From NCBI GenBank assembly GCA_033345235.1, contig JAWPOC010000016.1:69026-133025 (forward strand): a stretch of 64,000 nt of DNA, written 5' to 3'. Under the pieces are notes generated by a model, which saw only the letters and a list, made by a program, of their open reading frames with translations, was not told the origin of the DNA and ran no database searches. Positions 17,894 through 25,741 of the stretch are shown in pieces. This DNA is from Alphaproteobacteria bacterium. Lineage in GTDB: Bacteria; Pseudomonadota; Alphaproteobacteria; Rs-D84. Each line of letters opens with the position of its first letter. Within the stretch, counting starts at the first letter, position 1. Position numbers and translations under genes: made by a program.

Positions 17894-19147
17894 ATGTTTT
17901 CTAAACTGGAAAGAAAAATTGCTTTTAGATATATGGGTGCCAAAAAACGTGGCTTTGGTTCTGTTATATCGTGGGTGTCGCTGATTGGTATTATGCTGGG
18001 GGTGGCGACATTAATTGTTGTTATGTCTGTTATGGGCGGTTTTCATGATACTTTGTTGGGGCGTATCGTCGGAATGAACGGACATGTGGTGGTTTATCAT
18101 CAAGATGGTGCAATTGCTGATTTTGATTTCTTAATCGATAAAATGCGCCAAAATAAAGTGGTCGAAGAATATGCTACTGCGATTGTGCCAATTGCCGAAG
18201 GGCAAGTTATGGCAACTGCAAATGGAAATAATACGGGCGCAATGGTACGTGGTATTCGTATGACTGACTTGGTCGAGAAAACAAAAACAGGTACACGTAT
18301 TTACGGGAAAAGTTTATCGGAAATTACAGATGGTGAATTGGTCGCAGGCGCATCTTTGACGCGGGCGTTGCGTGTGACAATGGGTGATAATATTTCGCTG
18401 GTGTCGGCAAATGCTGCAACATCAACGCCATTCGGTTCAATGCCACGAATTATGGCGTATCCAGTGAAAAGTTCGTTCTTTATGGGAATGCATGAATATG
18501 ATTCTGGATATATTTTTATGCCACTGCAGACGGCACAGAAATATTTAAATATTCCAAATTCTGTTACGCATATTGATTTGTTCTTGAAAAATCCCGAAGA
18601 TACAGATGCTGTTGTAAAGGCCTTGGTTAATTTGTTGCCTGATGGATTTGTTGTACGTGATTGGCGTGAATTAAATCGCGGTTTTGTTGGGGCGTTACAG
18701 GTCGAATCAAATGTTATGTTTTTGATTTTATTACTGATAGTCATTGTTGCTGCGTTTAATATAATTTCCAGTTTGGTTATGTTGGTGAAAGATAAAAATA
18801 AAGATATCGCAATTCTGCGGACGTTTGGCGTGTCTCGTAAATCTATGATGAAAATATTTATACTGTCTGGAACCAGTATTGGTGTTATTGGGGCCGCGTT
18901 TGGTACATTCTTTGGTGTGCTGGTTGCGATTTATATTGAACCAATCAGACAATTTTTCCAATGGCTGACAGGACGCGATTTATTCCCATCTGAATTATAT
19001 TATTTGTCTGAATTACCATCAAAGTTGGTAATCAGTGATGTTGCAGGTATTGCTTTGATTGCGATATTGTTGGCATTCTTGGCGACATTGTATCCTGCAT
19101 GGAAGGCGGCAAATACTGATCCGGTCGAAGTGTTGCGAAATGAATAA
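17894..19147 (+). CDS. lolC: lipoprotein-releasing system permease LolC/LolE
   Basis: FtsX-like permease with N-terminal RKIAFRYMGAKKRGFGSVISWVSLIGIMLGVATLIVVMSVMGGF and C-terminal PVEVLRNE, aligning with E. coli LolC/LolE. Confidence 0.8.
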   Translation: MFSKLERKIAFRYMGAKKRGFGSVISWVSLIGIMLGVATLIVVMSVMGGFHDTLLGRIVGMNGHVVVYHQDGAIADFDFLIDKMRQNKVVEEYATAIVPIAEGQVMATANGNNTGAMVRGIRMTDLVEKTKTGTRIYGKSLSEITDGELVAGASLTRALRVTMGDNISLVSANAATSTPFGSMPRIMAYPVKSSFFMGMHEYDSGYIFMPLQTAQKYLNIPNSVTHIDLFLKNPEDTDAVVKALVNLLPDGFVVRDWRELNRGFVGALQVESNVMFLILLLIVIVAAFNIISSLVMLVKDKNKDIAILRTFGVSRKSMMKIFILSGTSIGVIGAAFGTFFGVLVAIYIEPIRQFFQWLTGRDLFPSELYYLSELPSKLVISDVAGIALIAILLAFLATLYPAWKAANTDPVEVLRNE

Positions 19148-19164
19148 TAAAAGGTTGTTGTAAA

Positions 19165-19875
19165 ATGGCGAATATTTTAAGTTCTTTGTCAAAGATAAAA
19201 AAGTCAGATGTTGTGCTGTCTGTGCGCGATATTAAAAAGACTTTTATCGAAGGTGGACAACCGTTACATATTCTGCGCGGCGGCGGATTTGATTTGCATC
19301 GTGGGGAAATAATCGCGATGGTTGGACAATCTGGATCAGGTAAGTCGACATTGTTGCAATGCGTGGGACTGTTGGATAAACCAAGTGGCGGCAGTATTAT
19401 TATTGATGGTCGTCCTGTGCAAAGAATGGATGAAGATACGCGTACTAAAATTAGACGTAAAAAAATTGGATTCGTGTATCAAAAACATAATCTGTTGTCT
19501 GATTTTTCTGCGTTGGAAAATGTTATGCTGCCAATGATGGCAGATGGTGTTGCCGAAGATACTGCGCAAGCGCGCGCAATAAAATTACTAAAAGCTGCAA
19601 ATGTTGTACATCGCGCATCGCATATGCCTGGGGAAATGTCCGGCGGTGAACAGCAAAGAACTGCGGTTGCGCGCGCGTTGGCAAATAATCCTGATATATT
19701 GTTGGCAGATGAACCAACCGGCAGCTTGGATCCACAACATGCAGGGGCGGTCTTTGATTTGTTGTTAAAACTGGTGCGTAATAATAAAATGTCTATGTTG
19801 TTTGTTACGCATGATATGGGATTGGCTGAAAAAGCAGATAGAATTATAACCATTAAAAATGGTATAGTTGAATAA
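19165..19875 (+). CDS. lolD: lipoprotein-releasing system ATP-binding protein LolD
   Basis: ABC ATPase with Walker A GQSGSGKST, signature LSGGEQQR and Walker B ILLADEPTG. Confidence 0.85.
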   Translation: MANILSSLSKIKKSDVVLSVRDIKKTFIEGGQPLHILRGGGFDLHRGEIIAMVGQSGSGKSTLLQCVGLLDKPSGGSIIIDGRPVQRMDEDTRTKIRRKKIGFVYQKHNLLSDFSALENVMLPMMADGVAEDTAQARAIKLLKAANVVHRASHMPGEMSGGEQQRTAVARALANNPDILLADEPTGSLDPQHAGAVFDLLLKLVRNNKMSMLFVTHDMGLAEKADRIITIKNGIVE

Positions 19876-19896
19876 AATAAAAAAAAGGAGAGAAAT

Positions 19897-20754
19897 ATGG
19901 CAAAAAATACACAAGGATGCATCGTTCATACTAAATCACAAAAGTTTTTTGGTGGGTTGGCTTTTGTTATGTTGTTTATTTGTGGTGTTATGGTGGGCGC
20001 AGGTGTTAATGATGGTAAAAGACCTGAAAATATGTCCGTTATTCAAATGACTGAATCACAATGCGGTGATATCGCAAGGCAGATGACAAATACGTCGTTT
20101 GACGCGGCAAAGTTAGCAGAACTGAATAAAATTTATTCTGAAAATTGTGCGGGACGCTTGCAACTAAAACGTGTGCAGCCAAAACCAACCAAAGTAGAAC
20201 CACAACAACCTTGTGAAACTATCGAAGAAGTTTTGTCCGAAAATTTATTGCCCGCGGGTAGTTTTGATTATGATAATCCAGAACATAATTTAGAAATATA
20301 TCGAAAATTAGCTAGCTATGGATGTCCAGAAAATCAGGAAAAATATTATAATGCGATAAGTGCAGAACAGCAAATTATTCGTGCACTAAATCAACAACAA
20401 AAAACAACTTGTGAACAGATAGAAGATTCTTTGATGCCAAGATTACCCTATGGTGGGGCAGAGGCAGGTACAAACCAAAGAATAGAACGTGCGAAAATTT
20501 ATGCAGTCTTAGCAGAACGTGGATGTCCGGAAAATTCTGGGCGTTATGCGGATTTGGCAAAACAAGAACTGGAAATTGCACGCGCATTACAAGATGATGA
20601 ATTTAGCGAAGGCGATACAATCGAAATCGTTGAAACTTATAAACGTTTGAATATGCAGGCGGCGGCCGAAGAAATATTTGAAACAGCAAAAAAGTTAACA
20701 AATCCTGCGATTGATTTTATTTTGGAAGTCGAAAAAATAATAAATGAAAAATAA
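19897..20754 (+). CDS. hypothetical secreted protein with internal Cys-containing repeats
   Basis: TM/signal at residues 20-40. Repeats YGCPENQEKYYNAISAEQQIIRALNQQQ and ERGCPENSGRYADLAKQELEIARALQDDE. Confidence 0.45.
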   Translation: MAKNTQGCIVHTKSQKFFGGLAFVMLFICGVMVGAGVNDGKRPENMSVIQMTESQCGDIARQMTNTSFDAAKLAELNKIYSENCAGRLQLKRVQPKPTKVEPQQPCETIEEVLSENLLPAGSFDYDNPEHNLEIYRKLASYGCPENQEKYYNAISAEQQIIRALNQQQKTTCEQIEDSLMPRLPYGGAEAGTNQRIERAKIYAVLAERGCPENSGRYADLAKQELEIARALQDDEFSEGDTIEIVETYKRLNMQAAAEEIFETAKKLTNPAIDFILEVEKIINEK

Positions 20755-20763
20755 GGTATATTA

Positions 20764-21315
20764 ATGAAAATATTGGTTGCGTTATTTTTAAGTGTGTTGT
20801 CCGTCGGGGCATATGCAAATGATTCAGAAAGTGGCGGGTCTTTGGTTCAAGCAGTCAAAGCACGTTTGACTTGTGAAGATATGTCTGCGCGTTTGAAAGA
20901 ATTGACTGCATTAGAAGATCCACAAGATTATGACTTAGAAGAAATAGAACAATTGAAAGCGGACTATCGACGTAGCTGTGTAAAGATTTCAAAAAAACGC
21001 AGAAGTTCTGTGGCCAAGAATCAGCCTGTTGTCGCCGATGTTACAACAGATGTTGTCGCTGATTCAGCAGAGGTTGCAGAAGAACCTGTGAAAGAAGAAA
21101 TCACAACTGTTACAGAAACGGAAACAGAAGTTGTTGTTTCAGAAGCAGACTTGGTTGCCCAAGAATTAGAAAATCTGGATGCAGGTTTGTGTAATGACGG
21201 CAGTAAACCAAATCAATTTGGTTGCTGTTCAGGTGAAGTTTATAAAGATTTGGGTGATTTTGTGTATGCATGCTGTCCAAAGACAGGTGGCGACTGTTTT
21301 CCGCCGATTAGATAA
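20764..21315 (+). CDS. hypothetical secreted acidic protein with a Cys-rich C-terminus
   Basis: Signal peptide MKILVALFLSVLSVGAYA. C-terminus GLCNDGSKPNQFGCCSGEVYKDLGDFVYACCPKTGGDCFPPIR. Confidence 0.45.
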   Translation: MKILVALFLSVLSVGAYANDSESGGSLVQAVKARLTCEDMSARLKELTALEDPQDYDLEEIEQLKADYRRSCVKISKKRRSSVAKNQPVVADVTTDVVADSAEVAEEPVKEEITTVTETETEVVVSEADLVAQELENLDAGLCNDGSKPNQFGCCSGEVYKDLGDFVYACCPKTGGDCFPPIR

Positions 21316-21340
21316 AAATCCCCAAAATGGGGATTTTTTT
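21312..21340. terminator. bidirectional terminator (TCCCC-N4-GGGGA type)
   Basis: AAAAATCCCCAAAATGGGGATTTTTTT. Confidence 0.6.
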
Positions 21341-21408
21341 GTGACGTCAAATAATTACTTGATTTTGATTTCATTTATTATATAATCACAGGGCTTTGTC
21401 GATTTGTT

Positions 21409-21483
21409 GCGGGCATAGTACAAAGGCTAGTATGCAAGCCTTCCAAGCTTGAAATGCGGGTTCGATTCCCGCTGCCCGCACCA
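21409..21483 (+). tRNA. tRNA-Gly (anticodon TCC)
   Basis: Acceptor GCGGGCA/TGCCCGC, anticodon stem CAAGC/GCTTG with loop CTTCCAA, T-arm GCGGG-TTCGATT-CCCGC, encoded CCA. Confidence 0.8.
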
Positions 21484-21578
21484 GAAATAAAGTGCGCGTA
21501 GTTGAACTGGGTAACCTTGCGACGCAAACATCAATTCGTTGCTAATAACGCAACTCATTGTGTTTTTATACGTTCGGT

Positions 21579-21596
21579 TTCCCGCTGCCCGCACCA
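21579..21596 (+). repeat. direct repeat of the tRNA-Gly 3' end (TTCCCGCTGCCCGCACCA, 18/18 nt)
   Basis: Identical to 21466-21483. Lies 6 nt upstream of tRNA-Tyr. Confidence 0.65.
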
Positions 21597-21602
21597 AGGA
21601 TT

Positions 21603-21689
21603 GGGCGTGCGCCGGAGTTGGAGAGCCGGGGCAGACTGTAAATCTGTTGGCTTAAGCCTGAGTTGGTTCGAATCCAACCACTCCCACCA
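21603..21689 (+). tRNA. tRNA-Tyr (anticodon GTA), long variable arm
   Basis: GGGCGTG-CG-CCGG-…-CCGG-G-GCAGA-CTGTAAA-TCTGT-variable arm-GTTGG-TTCGAAT-CCAAC-CACTCCC-A-CCA. There is one C4:U69 mismatch in the acceptor stem. Confidence 0.75.
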
Positions 21690-21696
21690 GAAATAA

Positions 21697-21730
21697 AAAA
21701 TACCCCGTATGGGGTATTTTTTATTTTGAT
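21697..21730 (+). terminator. rho-independent terminator after tRNA-Tyr
   Basis: ACCCCGTATGGGGT followed by a T-run. Confidence 0.6.
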
Positions 21731-21910
21731 AAAGGCAAGTGGTTGGATGCACCAGAGTGGCAACGGCACGATAAGTGCCGTACGAAAATGAAATTTTCGT
21801 GGGCGATAGCCATGACACGTATGGTGAATACGCAGATAGACAATTAGAAAAATCTTAAAAAATCGCAGGTACAAGATTTTTTTGATTTTTGTTATTGTAT
21901 ATTAAGGCGA

Positions 21911-21925
21911 CAACCACTCCCACCA
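21911..21925 (+). repeat. direct repeat of the tRNA-Tyr 3' end (CAACCACTCCCACCA, 15/15 nt), followed by a terminator at 21931-21955
   Basis: Identical to 21675-21689. The downstream terminator is AACCCACGAAAGTGGGTTTTTTATT. Confidence 0.6.
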
Positions 21926-22014
21926 TTAAAACAACCCACGAAAGTGGGTTTTTTATTTCTGTTGTTGTGGTTATTATGATATAATTCTTTTGTATATTAG
22001 CGTGGGGGTGGGGT

Positions 22015-22371
22015 ATGCAAAAAACAACTAAAAAAGTTCAAAACAAACAGAACAATGAAACAAAACAAAATATAATAGAATTTGTTCGTTGGGTGTTGTT
22101 AGGGCCGGCTGTGTGTGCAGCGTGGTGGAGTGGTTTGGTTATTAGTCTCTTTCTGGAAAGATGGGGTCTATTCTTAGATCTTCTGGATTCTTATCCAATA
22201 GTGTGTTTTTTTATTGTTTTTGTTATTATACCAGTTATAGCAATGTTCTTTGTCGCAAAAGGTATTGCGCCAAAATATAAGAAAATTTCTGGTGTTGTTG
22301 CAGTGGTTGTGTGTGTTTTATGGGACTTGTTTTTATTCTTGAATTTAATGATGTATGGTATTGCAGGTTAA
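22015..22371 (+). CDS. hypothetical small membrane protein
   Basis: K/Q-rich N-terminus followed by 3 hydrophobic helices. Confidence 0.35.
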   Translation: MQKTTKKVQNKQNNETKQNIIEFVRWVLLGPAVCAAWWSGLVISLFLERWGLFLDLLDSYPIVCFFIVFVIIPVIAMFFVAKGIAPKYKKISGVVAVVVCVLWDLFLFLNLMMYGIAG

Positions 22372-22399
22372 AAAAACGCCGCTAAACTGGCGGTGTTTT

Positions 22400-22723
22400 T
22401 TATTTTTTTGTACATAACTTGGCACATTGCTCGTCACATTTTGGGTTTTGTTGTGAAGGTGGAATGTTATCGTTTAATGTGCGTTCGATATAACTTTCTG
22501 TAAAAGAAAATTCTTTGGCAGGTATCATAAAACTATCGCTGTTTTCTGTGTTGTGGCATTTGCACAGTTTTATATATGTTGTTTTTCTTTCAACAAATTG
22601 TCCGTCTTGCTCAGTCGTGGTGACAGTGTGATCATTCCTGACACAGTAACCTGTCATATTATTATTTGTGTTATCGCATCCGCACAAAGCAATGCACAAC
22701 ATCAGAAAAATATATTTTTTCAT
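22400..22723 (-). CDS. hypothetical Cys-rich lipoprotein
   Basis: Lipobox LCGC. Ten Cys in 107 aa. Confidence 0.4.
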   Translation of the reverse strand: MKKYIFLMLCIALCGCDNTNNNMTGYCVRNDHTVTTTEQDGQFVERKTTYIKLCKCHNTENSDSFMIPAKEFSFTESYIERTLNDNIPPSQQNPKCDEQCAKLCTKK

Positions 22724-22737
22724 ATTAAATCCTTTGC

Positions 22738-24345
22738 TTATTCCAGAATTTCGTATTCGTCGATATAAGTGCGACTGACTGTATCAATTGTAACAGGTTT
22801 CCAATCTTTGGATTTTATCGGGGTTGTATCAACGGCCGGTGGAACAGATATCACAGGTATCGTTGCAACAGGAGCAGAATCAAAGTTTTCATCCGCAGCA
22901 ATTGCATCACTGGTATATTTGCCAATAAAGCGTTCCGGTATGTCGATATAGTCATTAGGATTGACTTCTTCGGTTGACATCGGCATCGCAGACGCAGGTT
23001 TTATGTGACGCTGCTCAATATGATATAATGGTGTTTTAAAGTCTTTTGCAGCTGACTTAACTTCGTTTGGAATGCCTGTACCATTTAACTGCATTATGCG
23101 CAGGCCGCGTTCATTATCGCCACTGGGTTTCAAGCGAATAAGACCATCAACACCGATATAACCACTGGGGTCCAGTAAGTATGCAGCATTCGTTTTGTCA
23201 GAATACATCATGCCAATCGCAAGGTTCGCGGCGTCATAACCAAATGTCGCAAATCTGTTTGGTGCGCGACCTGTGATTTGTGAATATGTATTTGCAAATT
23301 CAGAATTCGTAGATGGCAGACCAACAAATTTAGAACCAGACATAGTAAAGTCAGATGTAATATCAGGTGATTCCCACATCGATGTGCCATAAAAACGTGC
23401 ATCACGTGCGCCAACGTTATAATAGCGCAAGAAAGATGCCAATGCCTTGGAATCGTTGCCATTGCCCAAGAATAATATCGCGTCATATGGAACAGTACCA
23501 ACAGTGTCCGTCTTTGATAACTTTTCTAGTTGCGCGTTAAGATTTGATTCTTCGATTGGTGTTAACATCTCATTTGTTAATATGTCAGACAAGATTTTGC
23601 GCGCTTCGGTATGGGCGGCACTGCGTGCAGAATGCATTGCGGCATCTTTGGCGATATTCTTTATTGAATCCGTATCTTGTTCATCGTAATAGAATATGCC
23701 AATCAGTGGTATGTCGTATATAGATGCAGCATTTTTTGCAGTCCCAGCCAACAGACGACCAGATGACGTATCAGGCGCCATAATAATAAAGTTCTTGTTA
23801 TTATCTATCTTCATTTCTTTGACAATTTCTTCGACGCCATTTGTTGGTACCAAGCCAACTGTCATAACACCATTACCAATCGCAGTTACATCAGATGTAA
23901 ATGACAATACAGGCAAATCAGATGGTTTATTCTTGCGCACGATTTTGGTGTCTTCGGCAAACACTGGCCCAATAATAATGTCTGGATTTGTAGACAGTAC
24001 GGTTTTCATTGTTTCTTTTAAATCGCCACTGTTTGAATCATAAAAAGATACAGATAAATTCTGGGGCGCATTTTTTAATACAGCTGTTTCAACAGATGTT
24101 CTGATGGCGTCACCAACAGATTCTGCCTGACCAGATAATGGTACCAATACAGCCATAGAATAAGATGTTTCCGCAATGTTGCCATAGCCATCAGATAAAT
24201 ATCCGTATTTTAACTTTGACGGAGTGCCCACAGCATAAGTGTTATACCCATCCAACCAATCCGCGTCAGATTCAAAAGTTTGAGAGCCACAGCCAGATAA
24301 AATAATCAGGCTAAATAAATAATAGAAAAATTTGTTTATATACAT
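22738..24345 (-). CDS. LpoA-like lipoprotein with a periplasmic-binding-protein type I fold
   Basis: Lipobox LIILSGCGS. PBP type I-like central and C-terminal region. The ORF may start at 24399. Low certainty. Confidence 0.4.
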   Translation of the reverse strand: MYINKFFYYLFSLIILSGCGSQTFESDADWLDGYNTYAVGTPSKLKYGYLSDGYGNIAETSYSMAVLVPLSGQAESVGDAIRTSVETAVLKNAPQNLSVSFYDSNSGDLKETMKTVLSTNPDIIIGPVFAEDTKIVRKNKPSDLPVLSFTSDVTAIGNGVMTVGLVPTNGVEEIVKEMKIDNNKNFIIMAPDTSSGRLLAGTAKNAASIYDIPLIGIFYYDEQDTDSIKNIAKDAAMHSARSAAHTEARKILSDILTNEMLTPIEESNLNAQLEKLSKTDTVGTVPYDAILFLGNGNDSKALASFLRYYNVGARDARFYGTSMWESPDITSDFTMSGSKFVGLPSTNSEFANTYSQITGRAPNRFATFGYDAANLAIGMMYSDKTNAAYLLDPSGYIGVDGLIRLKPSGDNERGLRIMQLNGTGIPNEVKSAAKDFKTPLYHIEQRHIKPASAMPMSTEEVNPNDYIDIPERFIGKYTSDAIAADENFDSAPVATIPVISVPPAVDTTPIKSKDWKPVTIDTVSRTYIDEYEILE

Positions 24346-24393
24346 TGAAAAATCCATTTTATTCTGTATCATTTTACTATAAAAGGAAACAAA

Positions 24394-25194
24394 ATGCAAA
24401 CAGGGCTTTATATAGTTGGAACACCAATTGGAAATTTATCAGATATGTCGCCACGCGCAATCGATGTTTTGAAAAATGTCGATTTGGTCGCAACCGAAGA
24501 TACACGCGTCTTTGGCAAGTTGGCCGCGCACTTTGATATAAAAACAAAACGTGTTTCGTGTCATGAACATAATGAGCGGGATGTTATCCCAGATATTATT
24601 GAAAAGATAAAGTCTGGATTGGCTGTGGCGGTGGTGTCAGACGCAGGTATGCCCGCAATATCAGATCCTGGATTCAGATTAGTGCGCGCAGCAAGAACAG
24701 AAAATCTGCCGGTGTTTGTTGTCCCAGGACCTGTGGCGGCGATTTCCGCGTTGGTTTTGTCCGGATTCCCAACAGATAGATTTACTTTCTGTGGATTTTT
24801 CGATGAAAAAAAACTGCGTGACGATAATAAAATAAGACATACAATTATTTATTATGAAAGCCCAAATAGAATTATGAATACTATTGCCGCTTTGGCGCGG
24901 GTTATGCCAGAACGTCAAATCGCAATTGTGCGTGAAATTACTAAAATTCACGAAGAAACAATTATCGGATATCCGGCTGAATTGATGAATATTGTGCCAC
25001 CACGTGGCGAAATTGTTATCGTTGTCGCACCTGCGCCAGAACATAAAATGTCAGATGCAGAAATTTCAAATATCGTAAATGATATCGCAATGACTTCTAT
25101 GAAATCTGCAGCTGCAGATTTAGCCGCCAGAACAGGTATTTCTAAGAAAGAAGCGTATAAACGTTTGTTGGAAAAAGAGGGTACAGATGATTAA
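24394..25194 (+). CDS. rsmI: 16S rRNA (cytidine1402-2'-O)-methyltransferase
   Basis: Tetrapyrrole-methylase fold. N-terminus LYIVGTPIGNLSDMSPRAIDVLKNVDLVATEDTRV. Confidence 0.85.
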   Translation: MQTGLYIVGTPIGNLSDMSPRAIDVLKNVDLVATEDTRVFGKLAAHFDIKTKRVSCHEHNERDVIPDIIEKIKSGLAVAVVSDAGMPAISDPGFRLVRAARTENLPVFVVPGPVAAISALVLSGFPTDRFTFCGFFDEKKLRDDNKIRHTIIYYESPNRIMNTIAALARVMPERQIAIVREITKIHEETIIGYPAELMNIVPPRGEIVIVVAPAPEHKMSDAEISNIVNDIAMTSMKSAAADLAARTGISKKEAYKRLLEKEGTDD

Positions 25195-25741
25195 GTTTGT
25201 AGGCAGCTTTGATACAGTTAAATCTTTGCCAAATTCAATGTTTCCTGAATATGCTTTTATCGGGCGCAGTAATGTCGGAAAATCATCGCTGATAAATGCT
25301 GTGGTGGGAACAAATATTGCACGTACTTCAAATACCCCCGGGCGTACACAAAGTTTAAATTTATTTAATATAGACGACAGGGTAATGATTGTCGATTTGC
25401 CAGGATATGGTTATGCCAAAGTGTCTAAGACAGATGCAATGCGATGGTTAACAAGACTGGAAGATTATTTGTTAAACAGACGACAATTAAAAAGGCTGTA
25501 TGTTTTGATTGATTCGCGTATCGGTGTGCGTGACGCTGATTTAGATTTGATGGATTTTTGTGATGCAAATGCAATCGCTTATCAGGTCGTTTATACAAAA
25601 AAAGATAAAAAAGTACGCGAAAAAAATCAGCAAGAAATATTGCATACCGCCCATGGTGCAATGATTCCAGAAATTTTATATACGTCCGCAGAAAAAAAGA
25701 CAGGGTTGGAAAATATAAAGGAAACTCTTGGTATCAAATAA
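25187..25741 (+). CDS. engB: ribosome biogenesis GTP-binding protein YihA/EngB
   Basis: G1 FIGRSNVGKSSLINA and G3 DLPGYG. Confidence 0.85.
   Translation: MIKFVGSFDTVKSLPNSMFPEYAFIGRSNVGKSSLINAVVGTNIARTSNTPGRTQSLNLFNIDDRVMIVDLPGYGYAKVSKTDAMRWLTRLEDYLLNRRQLKRLYVLIDSRIGVRDADLDLMDFCDANAIAYQVVYTKKDKKVREKNQQEILHTAHGAMIPEILYTSAEKKTGLENIKETLGIK

Noticed and set aside
21603-21689. C4:U69 mismatch in the tRNA-Tyr acceptor stem, considered as evidence that it is a pseudogene.
   Set aside because: All other arms, the GTA anticodon loop, the long variable arm and the encoded CCA are canonical. A single acceptor mismatch is tolerated in many tRNAs. It was kept as a functional tRNA call.
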